From the IMG/VR virus record IMGVR_UViG_3300027131_000001: a stretch of DNA of 64,000 nucleotides; one strand, written 5' to 3'. The notes beneath the pieces were generated by a model that ran no database searches, was not told where the DNA came from, and saw only the letters and a program-made list of their open reading frames with translations. The position numbers were made by a program, and so were the translations under genes. The stretch is from a virus. Numbering within the stretch: position 1 is the stretch's first letter; every line of letters starts with the position of its first letter. Of this stretch, positions 9,409-19,255 are shown one piece after another.

Positions 9409-10268
9409 TATGCATCAGGTAGGACGTTGTCATCAGATCCGTCTGTTGACATGGATCCCATAGCTACTAATGTTTCGTACTGAACACGTCCTGCACGACC
9501 ACCGGTACCCTCTGTTCTCACAACCCAACCAGCGTGCGCAATACCCTTGTTCTTTGCACCACCAACTGTAACTGCACCAGTTGCTGTCTCACCAGTAATT
9601 GAATGACCAGCCTGTGCAGATGTTGGAACAGAAGAGATATTTACAGCAGCAGCTGCATTAGGATCGGACTTCAACTGAATTGCTGTGGAGTTAACAGTCA
9701 ACACATAATATGCTGTTGCATTTGCCAATCCACCCAATGCAGTATTAGCTGCAGCAACCAAGTATGTTACAATATCGTTATTTGTAAAGAAGGGAGCATT
9801 AGCACCCAATGAAATCCAACCAGTGTTTGTTGTGTTACCAACTTCCACAGCTGTAGTGTTACCTGGGAATGTTTGAGCTGTTGGTGCAGTAATAGTAATG
9901 ATAGGAGAGGAAGTGTATCCCGAACCATTTGTTGAAATGTTGATAGCACTAATCTTACCAGAAGCATTAGACTGTGCGTTAGCAGCAGCTGATGAACCTG
10001 TATTATTAGATGAAAAAGCAACAGTTGTGTTTGCTCTGTAACCAGAGCCAGCGAAAGTAATGATACCGTCAACAACAGGACCAGTTCCTACTGCCATCTC
10101 TGTTGTGTCTACTCCGTACATTCCAACTACTTCTCCAGTAACAACACCGCTAAGGGTTGTGTTACCGTACAATAGATTAGCGTTAGCTCTTGTAGGCGTT
10201 TGATTAAATTGCGCAGGTGCAGTAATTACTGAATTACCTGCTACGTCTGTTGATCCCCATAATGGCAT
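9408..10268 (-). CDS. Putative virion structural protein
   Basis: MPLWG start, G/N/T/A-rich body, C-terminal HAGWV...GRVQYETLVAM. Confidence 0.7.
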   Translation of the reverse strand: MPLWGSTDVAGNSVITAPAQFNQTPTRANANLLYGNTTLSGVVTGEVVGMYGVDTTEMAVGTGPVVDGIITFAGSGYRANTTVAFSSNNTGSSAAANAQSNASGKISAINISTNGSGYTSSPIITITAPTAQTFPGNTTAVEVGNTTNTGWISLGANAPFFTNNDIVTYLVAAANTALGGLANATAYYVLTVNSTAIQLKSDPNAAAAVNISSVPTSAQAGHSITGETATGAVTVGGAKNKGIAHAGWVVRTEGTGGRAGRVQYETLVAMGSMSTDGSDDNVLPDA

Positions 10269-10304
10269 TTTTGACTCCTTGAATTTGAGGTGATTATCTT
10301 GTAT

Positions 10305-10571
10305 TTAGTCTTTAGAAGAACTTAGCATATCAGAAAGAAAGGCTGACTCCTTGTACTGGATTAATGTATCATCAACATCTCTCACTTTTTTAGGTGGAGG
10401 AAGCATACTTGACATATCATCAACTTGCTTGGTTAGGCTTGGTTTTTCAAGCTGTGCATATAACTTTTGCCTAAGCGCCTGGAAGCTTCCTGTACCATTT
10501 CTTTCTACTGGTTTAGGAGCTGATAGCGTTACAGTACCTCCAACAATGATATTAGCAGCAAAAATTCCCAT
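10305..10571 (-). CDS. Hypothetical protein
   Basis: ORF coupled to the upstream gene. Confidence 0.5.
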   Translation of the reverse strand: MGIFAANIIVGGTVTLSAPKPVERNGTGSFQALRQKLYAQLEKPSLTKQVDDMSSMLPPPKKVRDVDDTLIQYKESAFLSDMLSSSKD

Positions 10572-11999
10572 TTATTCTCCTGTTTTTGCAGTAGCTGGAG
10601 GTTTTACTTTTGGAGTTAGTTTCAATGTAGCACTATATCCACCTTTATCATTAGGAGTTACTTTAACATCAGTTTCATCATGCTCTGGTACTTCTTTTTC
10701 TATAAAATTGTTACCATGAATACCCTGCATCATTAGTTTTTTTGCAGACATCCTAGCTTTATCGACTGATCTTTGCATATCATTACTATCCCCAGTACCA
10801 ACGTACTGTTCACTCATCTCTGCAGTCATATAATCAGCAACAGTTGAAATATAGTCTTCTGCTTTTGTAATCTTAGACTGAACCCACTCAGCAAGATTAG
10901 TTGTATCTTTCAACATATCATGTACAGCTTGTGAATTAGCAATAATGCTTCTTAGCTGAGTCTTTGCCATGTCACCTTCGTAATCATATTCACGAGGATC
11001 TTTTGCTTCCACCACACCTTTTTTCTTGTTGAAAACTTTGTTTAGAATCTTTACACCATCCTTGACTGCTTTTTTGGGTGTGATTATTTTAGCAGGGTAT
11101 TCTTTTTTGCCGCCTTCATCGTTGCTGCCGTCACGGCCTGGAGGAGTTTGTGATTTGTCCATTTCCATCACACTTTGCTTCTTAGGTTCTAAAGCACGCT
11201 TTTCGTTCTCTTTCTTTCTTGCTTCTTCTGTTTCGCGCTGTTGCTTAATCTTTTGCAAAGCTTTAAACATTCTAACAGAAGCTGATTGACTGGCTTCTAT
11301 AATTTCACCACTAAGCTCAACACTGTCACCCATATAGCGACCTTGACCGTAACCACGGCGTTCGGCTTCAGTAGGTTCTTTTTCTACTCTTTGCTTTTGA
11401 GGACCAGAGTTTGCTTTAGCCATCTCTGCTGATGTTCTATCACCTAGTCTTTTTAGACCTTTATTACGAGCATTCAGCTTTGTCACTGCTTGCTTATCTG
11501 AGCCCATGCTAGACATTACCTTAACAGCAGCATCCATTCTGCTCTTAACAGCAGCTTTATGATATCCTTCAGTTGATACTTCATCAAGTTCAACTTCTTC
11601 TTTAGCTAAACGGTCAATTGCTTTATTAACACCTGATTGTCTTTTCATTGCAAGTTTATCGGATTTTAATCTTTCCGGATCTTTTGCTGAACGACTACCT
11701 GCAGCAAAAGAATAATAAGATGACTCATCTCCTGCTTTTTTCGCATATGAAGCCAATGTTGATTTCTTTAATTCGTCAACTTGTTCAACTTCTTCATCGT
11801 ACTGACGACCAACAAAATTTTGAATCGAAGTCAGAACGTCAGGTTTATCTTCAGAGACATCCTTCTTTGGGCTGATAGTTTTGCGGTGAGCTCTGACTTT
11901 ACGAGTAGTTGGTCTGCCCTGAGTATCGACAGAATTGACCAATTTAAAGTCAGAAGATACTGCAACACCTTCTGCTAAGATATCTTTTAGACTTTTCAT
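10572..11999 (-). CDS. Putative internal head protein (protease-processed)
   Basis: N-terminus MKSLKDILAE; repeated EEVEQVDE/EEVELDE segments; EYDYEGDMAKTQL module. Confidence 0.65.
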   Translation of the reverse strand: MKSLKDILAEGVAVSSDFKLVNSVDTQGRPTTRKVRAHRKTISPKKDVSEDKPDVLTSIQNFVGRQYDEEVEQVDELKKSTLASYAKKAGDESSYYSFAAGSRSAKDPERLKSDKLAMKRQSGVNKAIDRLAKEEVELDEVSTEGYHKAAVKSRMDAAVKVMSSMGSDKQAVTKLNARNKGLKRLGDRTSAEMAKANSGPQKQRVEKEPTEAERRGYGQGRYMGDSVELSGEIIEASQSASVRMFKALQKIKQQRETEEARKKENEKRALEPKKQSVMEMDKSQTPPGRDGSNDEGGKKEYPAKIITPKKAVKDGVKILNKVFNKKKGVVEAKDPREYDYEGDMAKTQLRSIIANSQAVHDMLKDTTNLAEWVQSKITKAEDYISTVADYMTAEMSEQYVGTGDSNDMQRSVDKARMSAKKLMMQGIHGNNFIEKEVPEHDETDVKVTPNDKGGYSATLKLTPKVKPPATAKTGE

Positions 12000-14906
12000 T
12001 TACATTCCCTTTTTCTTTTTAGAGTGCATGTGCATCTCAGAAACAAGGATCTCTAATGTATCTGTTGGAACATATCTCTCGATACCGTGTTCGAACATAA
12101 CATCGTACCATGCAATGTTACCAGATGCATCAGGATCAGCATGTTGAGTAGTGATTGTACGGCCTTCACCATATGACTCACTCTTTACGTGAACAGCACA
12201 TTGGTGTTCATAGCTATTGCCCGGTGTATCTTTATTTTCTTTGATTCTCTTCTTGAAAGTAACGCCGCCGTTATCATTAACAGGAGCAACAGTTTGACTT
12301 AGTTGTGGTTTTTGTTGTGGTTGTTGTTTTTGTTGTATTGGTTGTTCTAGAGGATCTAAATCAGTACCTTGAATATCACTGCGGGGAAGTGGTTTCGACA
12401 CTGGTCTAGCGGTGTTCGGGTTTGCAGCCCTGTACATTTGCACAGCTGTAGCATGGTCACGTGTGCCTGGAATAAAACCAACTGATGTCATTCTATCATC
12501 AATCTGGGCTTGAGACTTTCCGTGAGGATTGAGTTTGGGTGGTTGTCCATATACAGATGGGGCAACTTGATGAGCTTCTTTCATTGGCTTTACTGGAACA
12601 GGTGGTGTTGGCTTTTGTCCAGTTTGAGCAACACCCATATCCTTTTGAAGCTTCTTCAATAGATCTTTATCTGATCCACCTGTAAGAATAGGAAGAACCT
12701 TGTCCATAATACCCTCACCCATAGGCTTTGGCTTCTTTTTCTTGAAAGACGGATAAGGTGCTGTCTGCGTGAATGCGTTAGAAGACTTGGCCATGGCAAG
12801 CCTTTTTGCTTTAATCATTTCTTTGTCTTGATCAGCTTGATGGCTCGTTGCTTCATCTTGCTGATCAACATCTTCTTTTAAATGACCAGCATCTTCAGCA
12901 GCTTTAAGAATATCGGTACGATCTTTATAAGATCCATTGAATACATCAGTAGTCAAATGAGGCTTATACAGATTACGATGTTGAGGCTTGATCTGTTTTA
13001 GCAAAGTAACGCCAGCTGGATGAATATCATCGTTTGCTACTTCTTCTTCAGTGACACCACGTGCTTTAAGAACATCACCGTGAGTGATGCGCTTTGGATC
13101 TCCGTGAAACTTTGCAAGGTCTTTTTCCTTTTCATTACGAGGAACAGATCCTTTATCTTTCTTCATTACTTCCATAACGGACTGATAAAGAGCATCTGTA
13201 ATATTAAACTTCTTGTTGATTGTTGTCATCCTATCTTCCTGTTGTAAAGAAATTGGTCTATCTGTAGGTTTTTGTTTTTTACCTCCCAAATCAACATCCT
13301 GTTTTGGGTATCTAGTTTTCCATGTTTCACCGGATGAATTTTTCCACTCTTCTTTATCACCAGAATTATCAGCGGCCGCTTGTGGTTTTGCTTTATTACT
13401 TCCAGAGAAAATGCCTTTGACGGCATCCCAATTTTTGTTTCCCTGCTGAACCTTAGCAGCAATCTTCTTATCCTCATCAGACTTGTAGTAGTCCATTGGT
13501 GGCTTCTCACCAGGCATTCTGTTAATAATGTATGGATCTTGACGGTTGGCTTTACCCAACCACTTTTCTTGTTCAGGACTAAACTTGAATTCTGTTGAAG
13601 ATTTTGGAGCTTCAATTGATGCCTGTGGCTTCTTTTCTGGATCCCCATTTGTAGCGGGGCCAACAGTACTAGTATATGCACTATTAGGATCGCTTTGATT
13701 CATTTTAGAAGGATCTTTAGAAGATGATGCAGGAGGTTCTTTATCCACTTCAACAGACTTTACAGAAGGTGATCCATTATTACCAACATTAGGAGCAGGC
13801 TTCACTTCTGTAGAAGGAAGTGGTTTAAGGCTACTAGCTTTCTTTTCTGCTTCTTTTTCTGCAGCACGTTTTGCTTCCAACGGAGCATTTGCATCTTTTT
13901 GATCTGACCCATACTGAACTGCTTTATTAGAAGAAGCAATTCCTACCTTTGCTTTGTTCAAATCGGGACCTGATGTTTGAGGACCGGTAGCGTTAACAGC
14001 AGGTGCAGGTTTATTTGAAATTGTGGTATTAACATTAGCAACTTTTCCTCTTGTATCACCTTTACCAGGTACCAGTGGTTTAAATTCACGATTACCACGA
14101 GATTCTTTTGATTCTCTGTTTCTTAATTTTTCCGCTTTAGCTGCTTCCGCTTCAGCTTTTTCTGTTTGCTTTTTATCTATTTCATTATTTTTTTCGCCTT
14201 TGGCGCGCAGATCATCAATAATGCTTGCCTGAGGTTTTTTGTCTGCATTTTTGTTTTTAGCAGCAACTTCTTGTTCTAGTTGTTTTTGACGATCAAGAAC
14301 TTTCTTCAAAGCTTTTGGATCAGTTGGAAGTTTACCTTTCTTGATGACGGCTAATTCATCCTCAGGACTTGTTCCGTAAGCCACCTCACCTAAAATTCTT
14401 CTGATAGTTGAATATGCTGATGACATTCTTGATTCGTTTGATGTTTTCATTCCTATTGCCTTTAAGTTTTTATAGTAATCTGCGGAGACCTTTGGTTTTT
14501 CTTGGCCAATTCCCTGTTGCTGCATTTGATCCATCCTATCATTCAAGTCTTTAGCCTTCTGCTGAGCAACTCTTTCTGGATTAGTTTTAAAAACTGCTGG
14601 ACGGTCTACGGACGAAGACTTAGCTGGTGGAGCAGATAAAACCTTTTCAAGATCTTTTCCTGTAAGAAGGTTTGAATTATAAGGTTTACCATCCCTTGTT
14701 GCAGATGGAACAAAATTATCAGATGACTTGACTGGAGGTTTATCTGGTGTTCCAACTCTCAATGTACCAGGAACTTTGCTTGCAGTACCACCAAGAGAAA
14801 ACGTTCCACCTCCGCCATGACCTTCTAGAGGTGGTAAAGATCTGTTGTCACGTGATGCTTTGTTTTGTTCTAGTATTGAGCTAGCTGATTTGTAAATTGT
14901 TTTCAT
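12000..14906 (-). CDS. Large low-complexity putative internal head protein
   Basis: 968 aa, K/P/E/A-rich modules separated by xLxE/EE motifs; C-terminal HQCAVHV...WYDVMFEHGIE domain. Confidence 0.65.
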   Translation of the reverse strand: MKTIYKSASSILEQNKASRDNRSLPPLEGHGGGGTFSLGGTASKVPGTLRVGTPDKPPVKSSDNFVPSATRDGKPYNSNLLTGKDLEKVLSAPPAKSSSVDRPAVFKTNPERVAQQKAKDLNDRMDQMQQQGIGQEKPKVSADYYKNLKAIGMKTSNESRMSSAYSTIRRILGEVAYGTSPEDELAVIKKGKLPTDPKALKKVLDRQKQLEQEVAAKNKNADKKPQASIIDDLRAKGEKNNEIDKKQTEKAEAEAAKAEKLRNRESKESRGNREFKPLVPGKGDTRGKVANVNTTISNKPAPAVNATGPQTSGPDLNKAKVGIASSNKAVQYGSDQKDANAPLEAKRAAEKEAEKKASSLKPLPSTEVKPAPNVGNNGSPSVKSVEVDKEPPASSSKDPSKMNQSDPNSAYTSTVGPATNGDPEKKPQASIEAPKSSTEFKFSPEQEKWLGKANRQDPYIINRMPGEKPPMDYYKSDEDKKIAAKVQQGNKNWDAVKGIFSGSNKAKPQAAADNSGDKEEWKNSSGETWKTRYPKQDVDLGGKKQKPTDRPISLQQEDRMTTINKKFNITDALYQSVMEVMKKDKGSVPRNEKEKDLAKFHGDPKRITHGDVLKARGVTEEEVANDDIHPAGVTLLKQIKPQHRNLYKPHLTTDVFNGSYKDRTDILKAAEDAGHLKEDVDQQDEATSHQADQDKEMIKAKRLAMAKSSNAFTQTAPYPSFKKKKPKPMGEGIMDKVLPILTGGSDKDLLKKLQKDMGVAQTGQKPTPPVPVKPMKEAHQVAPSVYGQPPKLNPHGKSQAQIDDRMTSVGFIPGTRDHATAVQMYRAANPNTARPVSKPLPRSDIQGTDLDPLEQPIQQKQQPQQKPQLSQTVAPVNDNGGVTFKKRIKENKDTPGNSYEHQCAVHVKSESYGEGRTITTQHADPDASGNIAWYDVMFEHGIERYVPTDTLEILVSEMHMHSKKKKGM

Positions 14907-14926
14907 TTGTTTTCCTGATTGTTCTT

Positions 14927-15202
14927 TTATGCCATTACCTTACTACCAGCTTCCCAATTACGGCAGCTCCAGTAGTTTGCTTTTGTCTTTGGACCCGGAT
15001 CATCACAACCATGTCTTGCTCTGTATGCTTTTCTGCGCTCTGGATTATCACGTTTGATTGAAAGGTTAGGATCACCAAAAGTTACTTTCTTTTCACCACC
15101 GCTATCACTCCTTACATAGACAGCAAACTTCTTTGGACCACCAGGAGTTCTGAATGGCTTATTTAAAGTCTTCTCTTCTAAGAATTCTGTAAAACTTAAC
15201 AT
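14927..15202 (-). CDS. Small conserved phage protein
   Basis: MLSFTEFLEE start; LNKPFRTPGGPKKFAVYV...RARHGCD...YWSC. Confidence 0.7.
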   Translation of the reverse strand: MLSFTEFLEEKTLNKPFRTPGGPKKFAVYVRSDSGGEKKVTFGDPNLSIKRDNPERRKAYRARHGCDDPGPKTKANYWSCRNWEAGSKVMA

Positions 15203-16767
15203 GGCGTGACTTTCTTATATTTATTGGTAAGTTTTTTAGTTCCTTCGAACCCGGCTCCAATACCCTCTGCAGCATCAACAAAGTTTTGTTTAGTAGGAGC
15301 ACCTTCTGATCCAGGTTTTCTCATACGCTCACCAGAACCAGACTTGATTCTTTTACGTTTGGCATGAATGTTATCCCAAAGACCATCTCCTTCAGTTGTC
15401 AAGTACGAATTGACACGCTGCATCGCAAACTGATGAGGAGTTGTTTTATTGTTTTGTACATAATCAGCAAGTCCCTGCTCAAACACATCAGTCACTTCCT
15501 CAAGAGAAGCACCATACTTATCCGCCTTCTTCTGAAGATGCTGTTCAGCTTTTTCTTGCAAATAAGATTCGTAGTCCCATTCCTTGTGATTGACTAACCC
15601 CATTTGTTGACGAGCAGCTTTTGCTGCTGCAGCTTGTTTATTCAATCTATTACTTGATACTGCTGGACTAGTAGATGTGGTAGTGTTTGCCTGAGCAACA
15701 GTAGTATTAGAGGTAGGAGTAGGAGTAGGAGTAGTACTTGATTGTGTAACAGGAGCACTTGCCCGATTACTTTGTGTTTGTTGTGAATTTGATCTTATAA
15801 AATTAGACAACGAGCCAGTTGGTTTATTGCTAACCATCTTAGCTTGCATTTGTTTAGTAGTTAGCTGAGCTTGCTTTGTCTTTTGTTTTGATTGGATTAG
15901 TGCTTGTTGCGCTAGCTTTTGCTGACTAGTCTTCATCTTATCAGCGTGCTTATCATCCTTATCTTTTTTATCTTTTTCTGGATCGTATTTACCAAAATTA
16001 GAAAGTTTATTAATTCCATATGCAGCTAATGCTCCTGTTGCTGCTGCAAGAGATTTATCTGATTGTACGGCTAGAGCAGTAGTACCTGCTGCTTTGGCAA
16101 CGTTTGCAACTCCTCTGATTGGAGCTGTTACAGCAGATAAGAATCTTCCTTCATACATTGAAAATATTAAATTTAAATCTTCTACTGTAACCATTTCACC
16201 AAGTAACTTACTGTAAAATACTGGTTGATTACTTTGTGTTAGGTTTTGAACATTACCGTAAACACCTTTGGTAGATTTGTGACCTCTGACAGCATTAAGT
16301 CTCTTCATCTCACCAGCTCTAATTCTTGGCATTAATCTTGTTGCCATTGCTTTGAGATTCTTTGTTCTAGGCTCGACCTGTCTATCAATATTTATTTTTT
16401 GGCCAGGAGATAGATTGCTATAATTAGCACCTCTTGCGCCTGCAGCTCTCTTTCTCAACATAGTCTTTGCCATCCGCATAGCACGACGCATTAACTGTTC
16501 TCTTGTTGCTAGTCTGTTTCTTTTAATGTTACGAGCGCGAACAATTCTTGGCTTACTGCGCTTCATTTGCAAAGCTCTTTTACGTCTTTGCATTATGTTA
16601 ACTACACGCTCAATAAGAGTCTGTTCGGATTGAAGTTCTGATTTGACTATGACTGGCGGAGCAATTACTATCTTGTCTAATGGATTACCAGTAGCAATAG
16701 CAAGTCCCTTTTTCGCGCGGGCGGCGATTATAGCAGGAGTTAATGTTTGTTCTTCTTCTTTTTTCAT
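15196..16767 (-). CDS. Basic putative internal head/DNA-binding protein
   Basis: R/K-rich N-terminal part; GLWDNIHAKRKRIKSGSGERMRKPGS module. Confidence 0.6.
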   Translation of the reverse strand: MKKEEEQTLTPAIIAARAKKGLAIATGNPLDKIVIAPPVIVKSELQSEQTLIERVVNIMQRRKRALQMKRSKPRIVRARNIKRNRLATREQLMRRAMRMAKTMLRKRAAGARGANYSNLSPGQKINIDRQVEPRTKNLKAMATRLMPRIRAGEMKRLNAVRGHKSTKGVYGNVQNLTQSNQPVFYSKLLGEMVTVEDLNLIFSMYEGRFLSAVTAPIRGVANVAKAAGTTALAVQSDKSLAAATGALAAYGINKLSNFGKYDPEKDKKDKDDKHADKMKTSQQKLAQQALIQSKQKTKQAQLTTKQMQAKMVSNKPTGSLSNFIRSNSQQTQSNRASAPVTQSSTTPTPTPTSNTTVAQANTTTSTSPAVSSNRLNKQAAAAKAARQQMGLVNHKEWDYESYLQEKAEQHLQKKADKYGASLEEVTDVFEQGLADYVQNNKTTPHQFAMQRVNSYLTTEGDGLWDNIHAKRKRIKSGSGERMRKPGSEGAPTKQNFVDAAEGIGAGFEGTKKLTNKYKKVTPC

Positions 16768-16814
16768 GTGTTTCCGCAGGTTTACCTAGGCCGTTTGACT
16801 GCTAGAGGATGATG

Positions 16815-16822
16815 TATTTATA
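16815..16822 (-). promoter_or_regulatory. T4-type late promoter
   Basis: TATAAATA in the intergenic gap; gp55 is encoded in the window. Confidence 0.7.
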
Positions 16823-16824
16823 AG

Positions 16825-17478
16825 TTATTCAACTGCAAATATTTTATCAGATCCTACTGACAATTTGAGTTCGTATCCAAATTGATTAAGCAGCATTTCT
16901 GTCTCACCATTTGATGTTTCTAGTGATATAACTGGTTTAAATCTTTCTATTGTATCCATTGCTCCGAGAATAATATTAGGCTCATATCCTTCACAATCAA
17001 GCTGAATAAGATCACAATGATCTAGTGCTAGTTGGTCAATAGTAAAAGTTGGAATAAATGACTGCTTAGCAGTATATCTGTCAGGATCATCACCAACAGT
17101 ATGGCAACCAACGTTGCTTTCATTACCATTATATACATGCAACAGCTTATTTGTTTCACCGAGTGCTGCATTGAATTTGAAGATATTCGGCATCTGACAA
17201 TTGTTAACAAGGCAATGAAAGTTCAACGGATCTGGCTCGAACGTATACACTCTTGAAAAGTACTGTGAAAATAACATTGGATACAATCCACAATTACCTC
17301 CAGCCTGAACAACAACATCAAACTTTTTACAGAATTTAAGGTATCCATCCTTATGAGAATTCACCCACTCTGCACTAGGGCAGTCCCATGCACCTGTATC
17401 TGTCTTTGGCCACATCCAGTGTGAAACCCCGTCGATACTTTCCTCTCTCACTCTCACCTTATCATCAAATATCTTCAT
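16825..17478 (-). CDS. FkbM-family SAM-dependent methyltransferase
   Basis: VQAGGNCG, YTFEPD, LIQLDCEGYE. Confidence 0.85.
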   Translation of the reverse strand: MKIFDDKVRVREESIDGVSHWMWPKTDTGAWDCPSAEWVNSHKDGYLKFCKKFDVVVQAGGNCGLYPMLFSQYFSRVYTFEPDPLNFHCLVNNCQMPNIFKFNAALGETNKLLHVYNGNESNVGCHTVGDDPDRYTAKQSFIPTFTIDQLALDHCDLIQLDCEGYEPNIILGAMDTIERFKPVISLETSNGETEMLLNQFGYELKLSVGSDKIFAVE

Positions 17479-17479
17479 A

Positions 17480-18091
17480 TCAATCCTTTACATTCATCCC
17501 TTTACGGACATCATTGTATAATTGTTTTGCGTGAATCTCTTTTGTACCACCTGGAAGTCCTTCTTTGAACTTACCGTAGTTGCCAGTAGACGCATGCTCT
17601 CTCATTTTAGAAGCAGACATTCCCTCAACTCCTTCTGCATCCGGATCTCTTGCACCAGCAGACACAACAGAGATCTTTTTATAGTTGAAATGACCGTGAG
17701 CACCTTCTTGACCATTATATTGGTTCAACTTTTCTTTGTATTCTTTGACTCTATCAGATCCAGCAACCATCACAAGATGTTGTGTCCCACTCTTATGTAG
17801 CTCAGAGGCTTGATGTAGAAATGTTGGATGCTCTTTACTTGAAGATTTAACTGTTGTACCAGGAAACAAGTTCCTTGCATGAGTTACTTTTGCTTCTGGA
17901 CTCAACGGATTCTTCTTGGCATCTTGGCTATGGCTGAGAACAACAACATGATCTCCGTTATGCTTATCAGCAACTTCCTTAACCTTGTTTATTAGCTTCT
18001 CATGGCCAGCAGTAGGTGGATTCATTCTTCCAAATGCCATTACAGTTGTCTTTAGTTTTTCTTCTGCGAGAAATTTATTGAATGATAACAT
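17480..18091 (-). CDS. Cytidyltransferase-like (HxGH-class) nucleotidyltransferase
   Basis: FGRMNPPTAGHEKL, VAGSDR, MSASKMR. Confidence 0.85.
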   Translation of the reverse strand: MLSFNKFLAEEKLKTTVMAFGRMNPPTAGHEKLINKVKEVADKHNGDHVVVLSHSQDAKKNPLSPEAKVTHARNLFPGTTVKSSSKEHPTFLHQASELHKSGTQHLVMVAGSDRVKEYKEKLNQYNGQEGAHGHFNYKKISVVSAGARDPDAEGVEGMSASKMREHASTGNYGKFKEGLPGGTKEIHAKQLYNDVRKGMNVKD

Positions 18092-18094
18092 TTA

Positions 18095-19255
18095 TTACCT
18101 TAAAAAGTTTTGTCTACTGAACTCTGCTCTATCAACAATCTTAGTTGGTCTATTATTTAAGACAGCAACGAATCCTTCTCCTTTTGTTGGAGTACCTTTG
18201 ATAGATGTCTCAAACCTTTGAGCAGGTGAAAGAGCTTCGTTATGAACATTCTTTGCAGCTTGCAAGTGGTGATGTACTTGAAGAACCTTATCAATAGAAT
18301 CTGAGCTAGCTCTTATATGCCCTAGTTGAGTATTCATTGCATTGGTCTTTGCCTCAATAGTCTTTGGCATCTTAACTTTTTTAATCTCTTTCTCATGTGC
18401 TTCTTTGACGTGAGAATAAAAGTCATGAGCATTGGGGGTAGTACCTTCTCTTACTGTTCTATTGATATAAGTCTTCAGATGTTCTGTATGAGGTTCAACT
18501 TTTTTATATTCAGCTGGCTTTATTGTTCTTGCAACCCTGTCAGCCTCTGCCATATGTTCTTTGAAATCAGCTTGTTTTGTTGTTGGGTAATCAACCTTAC
18601 TCATATCAACACCAACATCAATAGCATGAACATCGGGATGTTTTTTGAACTTGGATAAGTCAGGTGTGTAGTTCGCCTTCATCGATGTAATATCTTTACC
18701 ATCGTAACCAGTATGAACGGCAACACCAAGACTAGAGCCAGCAAGCTTTTTGCCCTCATCAGAATGTTGATGAGCAGTGTACGTAATTGTATTTGGTTTA
18801 AAGTTTAACTTATTACCAGCCTTCTCTACACCACTAGCGTCATGCATCAAGTCACCCTGGAATACACCTGTCTTAGGCGTAATCTTAGGAAGATGATCTA
18901 ATGCTTTCTTGAGTTTAGTCGCTAAACCAGGTGCATGACCATGATTGTTATCAATGTCTTCATGCGTATAGTTGATCTTTGGTTCTTTATTGAATGCAGA
19001 CTTAGTTGATACAAAGAACTGGCCAGTTGCTGGATGATGACCAAAAACAATACTAGGACTTCCGTCATACTTCTCTGTAATAGAAGCACCTCCCTTTTGA
19101 CCTGTCAGGGTTTTGTGAACAGCGTTCAACGTATTGGTTGCATGCTTATACCCAGCAGATCCAGCATTGACGATATGGTCTTCTGCATGCTCAAGATGAG
19201 TCAGCTTTTCTTCATTAGCAGCAGACTCACGTAGTAATGTAAAGATATGACGCAT
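18095..19255 (-). CDS. Conserved phage protein with ligase-like nucleotidyltransferase motifs
   Basis: HLEHAED; TEKYDGSP (KxDG); FQGDLM; GEGFV; TKIVDRAEFS. Confidence 0.65.
   Translation of the reverse strand: MRHIFTLLRESAANEEKLTHLEHAEDHIVNAGSAGYKHATNTLNAVHKTLTGQKGGASITEKYDGSPSIVFGHHPATGQFFVSTKSAFNKEPKINYTHEDIDNNHGHAPGLATKLKKALDHLPKITPKTGVFQGDLMHDASGVEKAGNKLNFKPNTITYTAHQHSDEGKKLAGSSLGVAVHTGYDGKDITSMKANYTPDLSKFKKHPDVHAIDVGVDMSKVDYPTTKQADFKEHMAEADRVARTIKPAEYKKVEPHTEHLKTYINRTVREGTTPNAHDFYSHVKEAHEKEIKKVKMPKTIEAKTNAMNTQLGHIRASSDSIDKVLQVHHHLQAAKNVHNEALSPAQRFETSIKGTPTKGEGFVAVLNNRPTKIVDRAEFSRQNFLR

Noticed and set aside
15712-15736. Short tandem GTAGGA repeats
   Set aside because: They simply encode a TPTPTP linker in a low-complexity protein
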